64,000 nt of DNA from Bilabrum cf. latius (GCA_965178125.1 OZ237743.1:310001-374000); one strand, 5' to 3'; positions 40,298 through 52,263 are shown, counted from the stretch's first letter. Notes: a model not told the origin generated them from the sequence alone. Numbers and translations are program-made.

Positions 40298-40420
40298 GTC
40301 CGTGGACGCCCATCATCCGTCCGAGGACGCTGACCTCCCGTCCGTGGACAGCGAACCTTTGTCCGTGGACAGCGAACCTTTGTCCGTGGACGCTCACCAC
40401 CCGTCCGTGGACGCTCACTC
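40298..40420. repeat. Six 21-bp tandem units with a GTCCGTGGAC core in the outer element's terminal non-coding region
   Basis: Direct reading; the core is an interrupted palindrome GTCC-NN-GGAC. Confidence 0.9.
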
Positions 40421-40632
40421 CAAAAATTATACTTTTTTTACTCCATATTATTACTAAACATTACTAAACATCAAATAAATTATATTTGGTGCTTGGATTT
40501 GTTTTTTGGTGGCTAGAAACTCAGAAGCAGACCCAACAGAATCCAACCGACTATGACTAGTATTTTACAACCTCATTAAATTATACCTTGTAAAAATAAG
40601 GGGCTTAAAGAAAAAATATCTATCTATGTATA

Positions 40633-42198
40633 ATGAGATTTTCAAATTATCTGAAATCAGGTGCCTTCCTCAAAATTGAAAAAGAAGACTTATCGTCTAT
40701 TCTGGCAGAAGAAATAGCCACTGCTCTTGATGAGGAATTAATCATAGCGAACAATAAAATTTACAAACGGAATAAATCGTTCCTGTTTGAAGAAATTGGT
40801 GATGCCAGAAGTGATACACTAATTGGAATTGTCGTTCAATACCTGACAAACAGCTACCAAAAATTAAGCGAGCAAGAAAAAAATAATCTATCACTTGCTT
40901 TGATGAAATTATACCCAGAGATGACCACGAAAAAAATTATGAATGGGTTCAAAAAAAAATTAAATGAGTCCTATGTAAAGTCCAATATTAATACCATTAA
41001 GCACAGCCTTACTAAAACGAATATTACCTTTGACTATGATATGAATGGAATCCACTTCCTCAACGGCAGGTTTAACCTCCAAACAAATAAGCTAGAACCT
41101 AGGAAACAAGGACATTATATCACCAAGTTCATCAATCGCAATTACGAGAAACCCACGAAAAAAAGTGTGAAACGAATCCAAGCAATTATCGCAAAATTAT
41201 TTCGTGAAGCAGAAGCTAAAAAATACATCCTACGATTATTGGGAAGTGTTCTGTCTGGTGATTCCGTCCAGCTCCAACGATTCCTAATCAACTACGGAAA
41301 AGGGTCAGCGGGCAAATCCTCTTTACTCAATATAATTTATTCATCCATTGGTGATGCTTATTTTAAGTATTTACAGAACGACGGATTATCCAAAAAGAAC
41401 CAAAAAAAGGACAAGGTGCTTAACTCATTTAATCCTGCTGTGAGATTCTACATCATTAACGAAGTAGACACAAGCACTATAGACACAAACCTAATCAAGC
41501 AAATTGCCGAGGGATGTATTCAAACCACAAAACTATACCAAGATGGTAGTCATACAATACATATCAGAGGGACATTAATATTTATTTCAAACCATATGCT
41601 AACCTTTCCACCAGACACAGGAATTAATCGCCGTTTGGTTGGCTACGAATACAAAAATAAATTCACCGATGAAGAGGATGAAATAGACAACGAGACCGTT
41701 TTCCAAAAGGACGAAGCTATTTTCAAAGGTGATTTCTCCGATGACGAAAAAAATGCTATCTTCTACATCTTCGCCAAGGAATGCTTCAGGCACCTCCAAA
41801 ATAAAAAGATTCAGAAGCCCGAATGTATGAAGGAGGTAGAGGAAGACCTTGTTGATGCCAACGACTACTTTAAAAAATTCATTGAAGACCATCTTATAAA
41901 AAAGGACGGGGCTAAAGTATCCATAGATGAGATAGTCAAGCTTATCCGTGAGAGTGAATCAACCAAGAGGAATATTCAAAGGACTCAAGTAATCAGCGAA
42001 TTAAAAGATAGAGGCATAGAATACAACAGACAGCTTCGTGTCAATGGTAGTTCACGAGGTGTCATTTTAGGATATGACTGGAAAGATGATTTTACTGATG
42101 GTGAAACCAAAAAGCATCATCCATTAGAATACGAAGACCTGAAGTTAGAGAACCAAAAACTCAGGGAGCTACTCAAGAAACACAATATTAAGTTATAA
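40633..42198 (+). CDS. SF3 (D5-like) helicase, outer element, 521 aa
   Basis: HFLNG..NL.T (D5_N-like), Walker A GKGSAGKS, Walker B IINE, motif C IFISN, GINRR. Confidence 0.9.
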   Translation: MRFSNYLKSGAFLKIEKEDLSSILAEEIATALDEELIIANNKIYKRNKSFLFEEIGDARSDTLIGIVVQYLTNSYQKLSEQEKNNLSLALMKLYPEMTTKKIMNGFKKKLNESYVKSNINTIKHSLTKTNITFDYDMNGIHFLNGRFNLQTNKLEPRKQGHYITKFINRNYEKPTKKSVKRIQAIIAKLFREAEAKKYILRLLGSVLSGDSVQLQRFLINYGKGSAGKSSLLNIIYSSIGDAYFKYLQNDGLSKKNQKKDKVLNSFNPAVRFYIINEVDTSTIDTNLIKQIAEGCIQTTKLYQDGSHTIHIRGTLIFISNHMLTFPPDTGINRRLVGYEYKNKFTDEEDEIDNETVFQKDEAIFKGDFSDDEKNAIFYIFAKECFRHLQNKKIQKPECMKEVEEDLVDANDYFKKFIEDHLIKKDGAKVSIDEIVKLIRESESTKRNIQRTQVISELKDRGIEYNRQLRVNGSSRGVILGYDWKDDFTDGETKKHHPLEYEDLKLENQKLRELLKKHNIKL

Positions 42199-42236
42199 AA
42201 TCTAATTACAATTCAAATAAATTCAAATTAGATTTT

Positions 42237-42890
42237 TTATAGACTCACACGAAGGGAAGCTGTTTTGACCTTGGGTCTCTCGTCAACTCCAGATTTTTTC
42301 AGCATTGATAAATTCATTTTTCTGACCTTTTTCACAGGCATACTATCACTTTGAGGCTCTACCTTCACACTATCAAACTTATAAAAATATTTTCTGTCTT
42401 TTCCTAGACCGTTTCGCACTCGTTTTACTCCAGCTTCCTTCATCCTCCTCCCAAATTTATTTTTGGTGATTGGACAATCGGAAAAACCACAGTATAATTT
42501 ATACACATCATCAACAACGATTCTTTTACTATCCGGTTGGAATTGCTCCAAAAATAAAATTACATCTTGTGTTTTATCGGGCTTAGCAGGGGTGGCACTG
42601 CCTTTATAAAAATTGAGATTGATGTATTTTTTATCTCCATCTTGCCAAGTCAATTCCCCGCTAGTTGCTGGATAGTAAACATCAGACATGAAGCAAGGAG
42701 TAAGAACAGTATATTTTGGAATATAGAACTGAATTTTCTCGAATGGTATCAACCTGATGGTTTGACCTAACACATCGTTAAAATATATTCCATCATAGGA
42801 GTAGTAAAAAAATTGCTTGATGTAGTCGTCGGGGCTTTTGGATAATTCTTTTTTTGCTTGTTGGTATTCAGATACTTTAAAGAAGCTCAT
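42237..42890 (-). CDS. 217-aa protein: helicase N-terminal-like domain plus D5-type winged-helix-like C-terminus, no ATPase core
   Basis: YIKQFFY..DGIYF, DVY, KYINL resemble the inner helicase N-terminus; DVYKLYCGF...TKNKFGRRMK. Confidence 0.6.
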   Translation of the reverse strand: MSFFKVSEYQQAKKELSKSPDDYIKQFFYYSYDGIYFNDVLGQTIRLIPFEKIQFYIPKYTVLTPCFMSDVYYPATSGELTWQDGDKKYINLNFYKGSATPAKPDKTQDVILFLEQFQPDSKRIVVDDVYKLYCGFSDCPITKNKFGRRMKEAGVKRVRNGLGKDRKYFYKFDSVKVEPQSDSMPVKKVRKMNLSMLKKSGVDERPKVKTASLRVSL

Positions 42891-42988
42891 TATATATAAC
42901 TAGAGATTTATATTCCCTTAAACCAATTTTTAAAATTCACTCTAGGGTTTTTTTAAGGGGGTTAAAGATAAAATTCTAATACTATATA

Positions 42989-44767
42989 ATGTCAGAACTA
43001 CTTGAAAAAATTACAATAAATGAACAAGCACCAAGCCATACCAAACTAAAATATAATGGGAAGCAAATCAACCAATATATTTTTGATACGACTCAAAAAA
43101 CAAATCAGAAACAAGCCCAAGAAATAACCCAAGGACTAATTGATAACTTGGAGGAGTTTGAAAACAAGCTAGTGAAAGTCGTTTTTAAATACAACAATAA
43201 ATGGCTGACTGTATCAGATTTTGAAGTATCAGACAATGAAATCGTTTTTAAAGATATCGCATCCGAATCAGATATGGAAATCAACGACAATATAAAATCA
43301 ATTGCTATATATTATGTGAATAAGCCTCCCACATCTGGTGGGGCTTCTAAAAATAATATGTGTTTGGTAGATATAATTAAAAATGCCTTCCCTTTAAAAA
43401 AGATATCCGCCCGAACCATCAAGAAAAAATGCGATGTCGAATTTCGTGAGCCTATCCCCTACAAAAAATTACCAGTGCTAGAAGATTATTTAAAATGTCG
43501 TCTTCATTGCTCAGGTGATTATACTTATATCTCAACCAAAAACTATGACCAAGAGATTTTTTTAAAGCTAAAGGATGGTCATTATACCCGTAAGGTGGGG
43601 AAGGTTTTCCACCAGTTAGGACAAGCATTTTTAACATCCTATAAACCTTTACCTCTTGTTGTTTATCATCAGCTAGCAAATAAAATTATTTATTGTGATG
43701 GTTCTAAAGTATGGGAATCCACTAAAAAATACGATATTAAAAAATTCTGTCTGGTTCAATCGGAAGACCTTGACCAGAATTTAATGGATTATCACAAACA
43801 GAAAAAAGAAGAGTTTGATGAGCTTCACAAAAAATCGGATGGGTTCATTAATATGTATTGTCAAAGCGGGAGATATTCACAAGTAGGAAAATCACTTGTC
43901 TATATGCTATATCAAAATCATACTTTGGACGATGTTCAACCCAACGAAGCAGAATTTATAAGAAATGCCTTTCGTTCCGGGTTTAGATATGCTAAGGCTG
44001 GAACCTATAAACATTCTTATCAGTATGATATTAACAGTTATTACCCTTATCTAATCCAAAAATATCTAATGCTTCCCACAAGCTCACCAATGTATGAAAT
44101 AATTTCTAAGCTACCAGAAAAATTACCTAAGCTATCCATTATCCGTTGTAAGATAGAGGCACCTGATAACGAATTCCATAAAAATCCTAGGAATCACTAT
44201 ACATTTTTAGAAGTGGACTTTGCCAGAGAAAACAATTTTAAAGTGGAACTCATCCAAGACGGGAAGCCTAACCTGATGAAATACGAAAAATACTCAATGT
44301 TCTCAAGCAGGATTAAGAAATTCATCTTGTCTCTGTATAAATTAAAATTGGATGGAGTCAACGGTGCTAAGAAAATCTTAAACTCAATGTGGGGAGGTCT
44401 TGCTCAGAAAAATCTCAAGAAGGCTTCAACATATGATTTTGAGTCAATAGAAATTGGAAATATAGACGAAATAGATATTTTAGATAATGGAAAACATCAC
44501 CGAGTAATTCAATACGATAATGACAAGTTCTATAAAACTGATTTCATCCGAATGATTCCCTTCTTGACCGCTATGGGTAGAATTAGCATCATTAAACAAA
44601 TAGGAAAGGATAACCTGAAACACATTAAATATATCAATACAGATGGCTTTGTATCAACCAAGAAACTAGACCATTTAGAAATAGCCCCTGATATTGGATG
44701 TTGGAAATTGGAAGCAGATAATAAAACGATAGAAGTTATAAACAAAAACCACAAGCACATACAATAA
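42989..44767 (+). CDS. Protein-primed family B DNA polymerase, outer element, 592 aa
   Basis: YDINSYYP, KKILNSMWG, YINTDG, IGCWKLE. Confidence 0.92.
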   Translation: MSELLEKITINEQAPSHTKLKYNGKQINQYIFDTTQKTNQKQAQEITQGLIDNLEEFENKLVKVVFKYNNKWLTVSDFEVSDNEIVFKDIASESDMEINDNIKSIAIYYVNKPPTSGGASKNNMCLVDIIKNAFPLKKISARTIKKKCDVEFREPIPYKKLPVLEDYLKCRLHCSGDYTYISTKNYDQEIFLKLKDGHYTRKVGKVFHQLGQAFLTSYKPLPLVVYHQLANKIIYCDGSKVWESTKKYDIKKFCLVQSEDLDQNLMDYHKQKKEEFDELHKKSDGFINMYCQSGRYSQVGKSLVYMLYQNHTLDDVQPNEAEFIRNAFRSGFRYAKAGTYKHSYQYDINSYYPYLIQKYLMLPTSSPMYEIISKLPEKLPKLSIIRCKIEAPDNEFHKNPRNHYTFLEVDFARENNFKVELIQDGKPNLMKYEKYSMFSSRIKKFILSLYKLKLDGVNGAKKILNSMWGGLAQKNLKKASTYDFESIEIGNIDEIDILDNGKHHRVIQYDNDKFYKTDFIRMIPFLTAMGRISIIKQIGKDNLKHIKYINTDGFVSTKKLDHLEIAPDIGCWKLEADNKTIEVINKNHKHIQ

Positions 44768-44799
44768 TTATAATTATCATTTAACAATACTAATTATAA

Positions 44800-45297
44800 T
44801 TATCCCATAAGATAAACTACAGGGAGTAATTTTTCTGTTTCGTCATCTTCCCATTTAACATCACATAAGGCTTTAGCGACTGTCTTTTTGTCTACAGCTT
44901 GAACAGATTTTTTCGTAGCTGAACCGTCAGAATGTGTGATTAGATAATCACCAGCTTTAATATCACCGCAAGTTTCTTTTTTAACTAATACCCCACCTTC
45001 ACCTACAGCATTAGCTTTTGCTTTTCCCTCTTTAGTTTTTCCAGCATAGACACCAAAAGGCAGAGCTACATCATCACATTTTTTTAATTCGTATTCGTTA
45101 TCACTGACAGAAACAGATTGAACCGATTGAATGGCTAAAATTGTTCCAAGCTCCAAGTCTTCCTCTAAACTTCCGATATGGGAGCCAGTGAAAGGGGTAT
45201 AAGTTCCTCCATCAAGTAAAGTACAATCACCCCTTAAGGTGAGACTTGCGTGATTACCGTTGTTAGAAAATTCAATGAACGAAGCATTAACACTGGC
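44800..45297 (-). pseudogene. 3' half of an outer-element fibre/chaperone-like gene split by the inner virophage
   Basis: Joins in frame to 63024..63254 (GKN|ASVNAS) giving 242 aa; FTGSH, AVGEG, AGDYL motifs shared with 55639..56814. Confidence 0.85.
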
Positions 45298-45302
45298 ATT
45301 CT

Positions 45303-45755
45303 GGGGGGGGTCAAGTGTGATGAGCGGGGCTCCACAGCAATATAGAGGAGACGCTTCGCGCCTCTCTACTCCTCTTAAGTCTCCTAGTAGAATTCCGTAG
45401 CGTGTCTCATAGTCCATGTCTCATAAAACAGACTACTTTTTATCTCCTACAAAGTAGGGGAATTTAAAGTTTATCTTTTATTTCTACTCCTATATTTCTC
45501 CTACAGCAATGACAGAGATGTTTTTATAAAAGTGTCAGAAGAAATTTGAAGAATCCAACGGCCTCCCAAAAACATCCCTGTGTTTGCTGTTAGAGGGATA
45601 CGGGAGCCGAAGGAACGAATTTGTCCCTACTTCGCAGGGCAAAACTCAATTTTAGACTTACTGAAGAGTTTCTACATCGGTCTCCATCTAGAGTCATGAC
45701 GGGAGCCGAGGGAACGTCTGGTCTTTCTCCGAAGCGAAGGTTCCCAAGACTTTCC
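45303..45755 (+). repeat. Left TIR of the inner virophage (begins G8-TCAAGTG)
   Basis: Reverse complement of 62571..63023 with about 4 mismatches seen. Confidence 0.95.
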
Positions 45756-45909
45756 TACAGCACTCCAGGTGTTCCCCAAGAAATCCCACCTTTTCCCCTC
45801 GGTTCTCGCACTGCGTGCTCCGCTTCCGAGAAATCCCAGTGCTTTCCATGCGATGCCCGCACTGCCTACGCCTTTCCCCACGGTTTTCCTACCGACCCCT
45901 ATAGTAAGA

Positions 45910-46113
45910 ATGGAAATAAAATTTATAAGCGATTCACTCTCTAAATTACCCAAAGAGGTTGACACGTTTCCTAACAAGAACACGAAGCGATTCTATCGTG
46001 CCCTTATGACTGATTCTCTTGTCAAAAAAATCAATCCAGTAATATGGAACAAACTCAAGATTAAATTGGAAACGTTTAGGGGGAACGAACGAGGAACGTA
46101 GTCAAACCAATAA
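45910..46113 (+). CDS. Small basic hypothetical protein, 67 aa
   Basis: ATG after TATAGTAAGA; one TAG, ends TAA. Confidence 0.5.
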
Positions 46114-46122
46114 AACCATACT

Positions 46123-47319
46123 TTAGTCGTTAGCAAACATTTTCCAAGCCATTCCCAAGGCTTTCTTGTTGCTTATCCCTTGTCCCCGGAGAATTGACGC
46201 CATTTTCATCACCCTTGAACGCTTTTCCGAAGACTTCCCTTTTCCAAACATTTCCACCCATGCTCCACTGACAGGGTCATCAACCACGGAATGAATTCCC
46301 TTCATGATAGGGACTCCCACGGTCTTTGTAGCCAAATCCCAGCCCTCCTTGAACTCTTTCCCAAAGTCCCTTTCTGTGTTCTACTTGTGTTTGGACTGAT
46401 TTTTCCTCAAAGCTTTCCTAATTTTAGGCGGTAGGCTGTCTATCTTATTTTTTTGGTCAAGCTTTTTCCCAAAAAGCTCACCTTTTCCAAATAGTTTGGA
46501 AGTCCAACCAGCTAAATCCGTAGCGACATTGGCGATTCCCTTGAACGCGGGGCTCATCTATGTTGCGATTTCAGCGACGGGCTACATAATGAACGACTCT
46601 AGGGAGGACGTTAAAAGCTTATTCACTTTTAGTATATCGCGGATGAACCTCTAGCAGTTCAAATCAAACGCTCTGTATTGGTAAAAATTGTATTCCCCTA
46701 TGCTTTCCAGGGTGTTTCCCAACAGTTCGTTTGCGGTTATAACACGGCCTTTCAAATCCACGTCCATCGTTTGACTGCGTTTATCCTTCTTATAGGTAAA
46801 CCCAACACTAACCCTCTCATTTTTCTCCATCACTAGCGGTTTTCCAGAGCCAATATTGGCGACAAGGTAGAGATGGAAATAGTCGCTAAATTTGTATTTC
46901 TTCTTCATCCGTTTCATCTTCCCGAAACTCATGACATTTAACAAGCGATTCAAACCAGACGACAAAGGAGTTCTTACAATCTTCAGGGAGAAAATCTAAC
47001 GATTTCCATACTTTTCCAAGGTTTTCCGAGTCGCGTTTGTGTGTCCCACGACAAGTCCGCCACACATACAACCACCCCTTTGAGTCATATATGAGTCCAA
47101 TGTATTGGATTGTATTTCTTTTTGTTTTCTAGGCCTTCCCCGATTAGATTTCTTAATATCCAATGATTTCTAGATGCTTTCCAGCATTTCCTTGGAGTAT
47201 GGGTGTTTTCCCTTCCAAGCCACCTAGGTTGCCTCATTAGGTTTTCTCACGGAAAGCATCGTTTTGATAAATCCCGTGTCTCGTTTGCCTCCTGAAAGCT
47301 CGTAAAATGACTCCGCCAT
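46123..47319 (-). CDS. 398-aa protein with an AT-hook-like RGRPRK and a permuted papain-like (PPPDE/LRAT-like) domain
   Basis: Single frame across TAGs; FHLYLV, MEKNE, YRAFDLNC[TAG]RFI (=NCQ); ends TAA. Confidence 0.65.
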
Positions 47320-47388
47320 GTTTAGTATAGATTTCCATACTTTTCCAACCTTGGGGTTTAAGTATATTTTAGCAGTCTATAGTATAGA

Positions 47389-47664
47389 ATGGTATTTGAG
47401 AGAGAACTGGAAGGATTCACATTTGTTGCCCCCTCCAAATAGAAAGGGAAGAAGTATGATGTGTATGACGAAGATGGTGAGTATATTACCAGCTTCGGAA
47501 GTAATTCCCACGAGCAGTATTTTGACCGTGTCGGGTATTATTCCCATTTAGACCACAAGGACGACGACCGAATGCGACGATTTCACCTTAGATTTAAAAC
47601 CCATAGCAATCCACCGAAGCCTAGAAGCCCCTTATGGTTTTCCAGTTATTATTTGTGGATATAA
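47389..47664 (+). CDS. 91-aa small protein of a type common in virophages/giant viruses (DUF5754-like)
   Basis: KKYDV..SFG....QY......DH.D..R..RF..R......SP.WFS..YLW; ATG after TATAGTATAGA. Confidence 0.65.
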
Positions 47665-47825
47665 ACGGTTTCCCCTTGGTTTCCCCTCGGTTTCCCCTCG
47701 GTTCTCGCACTGCGTGCTCCGCTTCCGACGGTTTCCAAGATTTCCCAGACTTTTCCCCTCGGTAAAAAGCTTCCTTGGAAAAGGGATATTTGATTTCCCA
47801 TTGAATAACTCTTCGTCTAAACAGC

Positions 47826-48446
47826 TCAGAGACGGTTTCCCAAGTCAAAGGTTTGCCGAATGAAGTTTTCCAACTGACTAAATGATGAAAACACCGTGTA
47901 GTGCGATTTGTCTAACTGGCTAATCAGACCGATTCGGCTTCTTTCCACTGCGTCCAAGATATCCTTGGACTCGGATTTAATATCCTCAAACAGGGAATGA
48001 CTTGGAACACACACGAAAATGCTTTCCAGCTTGAATAAATCTTTTCCAAGCTCAATATCACTACAGAAGACAATGATGCGACGACCTTTCTTGGTTAGCC
48101 AACGACTCTTCACGTCCTCATATACTTTCTTACAATGTCCGTAGTAAGTAAGACGGTGAGTAGACTCATCTCCGCTCTCAATCATTTTGTCTAACTTTCT
48201 TATTTCATCCGTTTTAAGGTGTGCCCTAACGACCTCGTCCAAATCCACTAGAAGTAGATTCTTATCCACGGATTCCAATTCCCTGACTAGGTGAGTCTTT
48301 CCCGCTCGTCTGGGAACCACTACACACACCTTCTAACGCTGATGGGGTAATTTAGTGGCCCATCCATACACACACTTGGATCCTTGGTAAGCCAAAGGCA
48401 CCATGGTTCCGATCACGGTCGCTCCAGTAAGAATTGCTGAAGCCAT
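47826..48446 (-). CDS. 206-aa P-loop NTPase/kinase-like protein
   Basis: VVVPRRAGKT followed by LLVDLDE; one TAG; ends TGA. Confidence 0.6.
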
Positions 48447-48503
48447 TCTGTCGTTTTATATAATATAAGACAACACAATATATTTATTTAGTCGCTAATT
48501 GAA

Positions 48504-50273
48504 TCACTGCGACATAATCTGGAGCAACTGATTACGAGACAACTATTTTCCTCCTGTTAAACCGGCGGCAGTCATACCGGCAGCAGTCATTCCTCGCCCC
48601 TTCTTTCCTTTCCCCATTCCCACCATCTTGGCGACCTGTGTTCCAGTCTATACTACATCACCCACGGTCTTGAGTAATTGTTTAGCTTTTCCACTCTTCA
48701 CATAATCCGCTACTTTCCTCAAAGCGTGCCTAATCTTGCGACCAAGATGCCTCCTCTTGCCACCATGAAGACCACTGATTTGACTCTCGTAAACCGTAGG
48801 AAGTTTCTGTGCGGAAAGCACATCAGCACGACTGATGACACCCTGGGAATAAGAATACTTCGTTCCCTCGGAAAGATTTAGAACGCCTTCATACAGTCCC
48901 ACGATCACCAGCTCTACACCACCTGCGGGGTAGTCCTCCAAGTCGTTGTTCTGAACCTGAGCGGTGATGGAAATCTCGTTGGAACCGTTAGAACCGTTCG
49001 TCTAATCCACATCAAGACTCAAGTCCTTGGCGGGATCAAGACAGATGAGCCCACCGCTTAATACCTTGTCTCCAAACTTTCTCATGACCCACTCTTCATA
49101 CTCCTGTTCCAAGCCGTTTGTTCTGGATAAGTCCCACAGTTGCTCTCGTGATGCGTCCGCGAGGAGACCCGAACGGTTATTCATCTGGACGGAAAGCGAT
49201 TGAATCGCTAGGAATGTGTTCCCCTTGTCCGTAGGAAGAGTGTTGGGCGACCGCCTTGCGAACACGAAAATGCGAGAAGGAACGGAATTGGAAAGCTTGT
49301 TGTTGTTATTTACCAGAGTAGCCGTGGCTCCGCTTGGAATGCCAGCACCATGTGCCTAGACATACTGCGTCATTTCAAAGACGTCGTAGGAAACTTGCTT
49401 GGGTAGGGTAAAGCCGACCTTGGGGGTAAGCATTTCAAGCATTAGCCTGGGGTTCATTACCTTGACATCCGAGACGCTCACGGAAGCCCCCTGAGGAAGA
49501 AAGTGAGACCAAAGGGTATTGCGAAGATTGGCAAAGTTCACATCTAATTCAAGGGTTTCCAGACCGAATAAGGCGGGTTGCTCTTCCTTGGTTTCATAGT
49601 GGAAAGGGGGAACCATAATACATTCGGCTACGGTGAACCTCACGGTCCGCTGTGCCGTGCCTGGACCCTATGCTGCTGCGGCGGGAACTGGGGTATTGTC
49701 TGGGGTGTTCTCCAACTGGAAATACCCGACACCACGCCCTGGACTCTGATACATACCGTCAGAATACGACCGAAGAGGGTTATTGGAAGCAGCATTCATC
49801 ATTGAATAACTGGGACAATTATCACGGCGATATACGGAATTCAGGCAGTTTACCTTGTGGACTTCGTCGTCAAGACAGTGATTGACTACATCCATGATTT
49901 GAGCGTTATTCTGGGTAAAGCGAACGGAATCAAGCGTTGCGGTTTGGGTGGCGATAGAACGGTTCAAGGGGTATGCCCTGGGGGCGTAAGTGTCTTCTCC
50001 AAATGGAACAACTGTTGCTGCGTTCGTGTTGCTGAAGTCAAGAGTTAGTTCAAAGGTTGCGGACATATACCCACGGCGACTGACACCGACCCCTGAGGGA
50101 ATGGAAAGCGACCAATTCACGCCCGAGGAATAGTCTCCGGCAGACCCTGAAGGTGCGTAGGAACGGAAGGTTCGGTTGGCGTATCCAGTATCCACGGCGT
50201 AGGGTTTGGCGGTGATGTCAAGGGAGGCGGGTTCAATTTTGACTGGCTCCAATGCGTGAATATTGAGGCTCAT
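48504..50273 (-). CDS. Virophage major capsid protein, 589 aa
   Basis: Four track ORFs in one frame joined by TAG; YAV..G, PS...VSRR, AYPL, GL..LEL..NF, VPSRIFVFAR, NNRSGLLA; basic C-tail after LHGG; ends TGA. Confidence 0.9.
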
Positions 50274-50391
50274 TGTCTGTTATACTATACACTCCGTTTT
50301 AATTTCTGATATTCCTTTCAAGAAATATCAAACAAATCATTTCCAATGTATTCCAATGTTTTCCAATGTTTTCCAATGCTTTTCTAAAGGA

Positions 50392-51501
50392 TTACCCGTG
50401 TCGGGAAAACTTAAATTTCACCGATGCGGAACCATGCCGAAGATATAGGGGGTGCGTCTCTCCGTAGGAATCTTTCCAATACAAATTAAACTGTAGCGTG
50501 TCAATACTAGAAGCGTTGAGAAGATCTATGGTGTGTTCTATCTTGGGCTGATACTGGAGAACGGCCTGGTTAATCATCTGGGAATCATCTAGGACACAAT
50601 CCATATCCACCAAAACACTTTCCGTGCCTCCTGTAGAACTAATGGACTAATTCGTGGAAAATCCAAAGGGAGTTTTGGCTGATACCCCCTCGCTTCGCAC
50701 TGGAAGACTGCTCGTTGTGAAAACGACTCCGCGGAACACCTGGAAATGTGCTAGACTGCCCCTATCCTGGGTCATTTTGAGTCTGTAAGGGGACTAGGGT
50801 ATAGTTTCCGTGTATGTGATTGGTGCGAATCCATCATCATCGTTTTCCACCAAATAGTTTGTGCCTAGGGATTTGAAAAGAACGGAGGAAAACACGTCTG
50901 GGTTCGTGTCTTGGATTCGCTGGACTGGGAAACCGCTTAAAAGTTCTCCCAATGGTTCATTCAATACTAATCTGTATTTCTGAGAAGGTTGTCCTTCGTG
51001 ATAGCTGGAATCCGCGAACAGGGAAAACTTTCCGTCGTCATAGGTAAGCGTTGGCGTGGTTGCTACTGCTGACTAGGGAAACTTCTCCATGGTCTCATTA
51101 AAGAGACTGACAAAGTGTTCTATCGTGTATAAATAATAATATCTTGTAAATGCCTGGGGGGACTACCAACTCGGCTACGGTTCTGCGATTAACTAGGGTT
51201 TCCAAATGATGGGTTGCGTTCCAATCATGCTCCCGTCCTCCACGTCTTGGATGCTGATTCTGTAGATGGTTTGGTCTGGATTCTTGCTGGGATTTGTGGA
51301 AAGGTCTATATCTATGTGGGGAATCCATACGGGAATTGTATTGGTGGATATGGTGAATCGTTGGACGCTCAATTTGTAATCCTCTACATTTCCGCTTAAG
51401 ATTGGCTTTTTCCTCACCTCATTGTATTGGGCGGGCTGATAGGAGTCTTCATTATTGCGTATATTTGCGTTGATATAGAAGTAGTCAGGTTGTCTAGACA
51501 T
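50392..51501 (-). CDS. Virophage minor capsid (penton) protein, 369 aa
   Basis: YNEVRKKPIL...DYKLSVQRFTI...IPVWIP, YYYLYT, VVFTTSSLPV, YWKD.YG...L....SASVKF.F. Confidence 0.9.
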
Positions 51502-51732
51502 TTACTATACTATAACTTTTTAAGAAAAAGTAATCCTTTTAAGAAAAGAATAAGCAAAAGAGCGGAGCGCGCTTAAGCGCGAGCATCTTGACTAAAAACA
51601 GTGAACGGGAGGGGTTTTCATTTCAACCCTTTGGGAAATGGTCGGAAGTCTTGGGAAATGGGTAGGAAACACTTGGGAATTGCTAAAAAACATTCTAAAG
51701 ATATACTAAGTGGTTTTTCTGAAAAAGTAACT

Positions 51733-52263
51733 ATGGACTACGCCCTAAGTGATACAGATGTAAGGAATATGTGCGGGAATCCGCCCAGAGTGAAGGGGTT
51801 CAAGGCGTGTGCCGTCTCCATTATACCATATGAGAACTTGGAAAGGGTGGAAAGCATAGATAGAATCGTTTCACCGTCCAAGCCTTGTATTTTGTTGTAT
51901 TAGGAAAGTCCTAATTCAGGTCATTGGGTTGCCTTGTTTCGTCGTGGGAAAACCCTGTGTTTCTTTGACCCCTACGGCGTGAAGCCCGATATGTAGCAGA
52001 CTCTAATGAGTTCTAAAGTGCGGAAACGATTCTATGAAAACCCACACCTCGCTAGGCTCATGTATGAATGTCCTTACTCTATAGATTACAATTAGTATCC
52101 TTTCCAAGCCGATGGAGACGACATAGCAACATGTGGGAGACACTGCGTGGTCCGCCTTTGGAATCGTGGGAAAAGCACGGAAATGTATGGGAAATATGTG
52201 GAAAAGGTGTGTAAATCATAGGAAATAAATCCGGATGAATTAGTGTTCTTATTGACGACTTAA
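51733..52263 (+). CDS. Virophage maturation cysteine protease, 176 aa (alternative start 51658)
   Basis: SGHWVAL, FFDPYG, FQ.....ATCGRHC; four TAGs; ends TAA. Confidence 0.92.

Noticed and set aside
40298-40420. CRISPR-like array
   Set aside because: 10-bp core with 11-bp linkers, two of them identical; no cas genes; eukaryotic viral context
44800-45417. 205-aa ORF as an intact gene
   Set aside because: Its first 40 codons come from the inner TIR and TSD; the true 5' half is at 63024-63254
45621-45983. ORFs within or overlapping the TIRs (also 62354-62746)
   Set aside because: Mirror-image products of the repeat, non-ATG starts, no recognisable motifs
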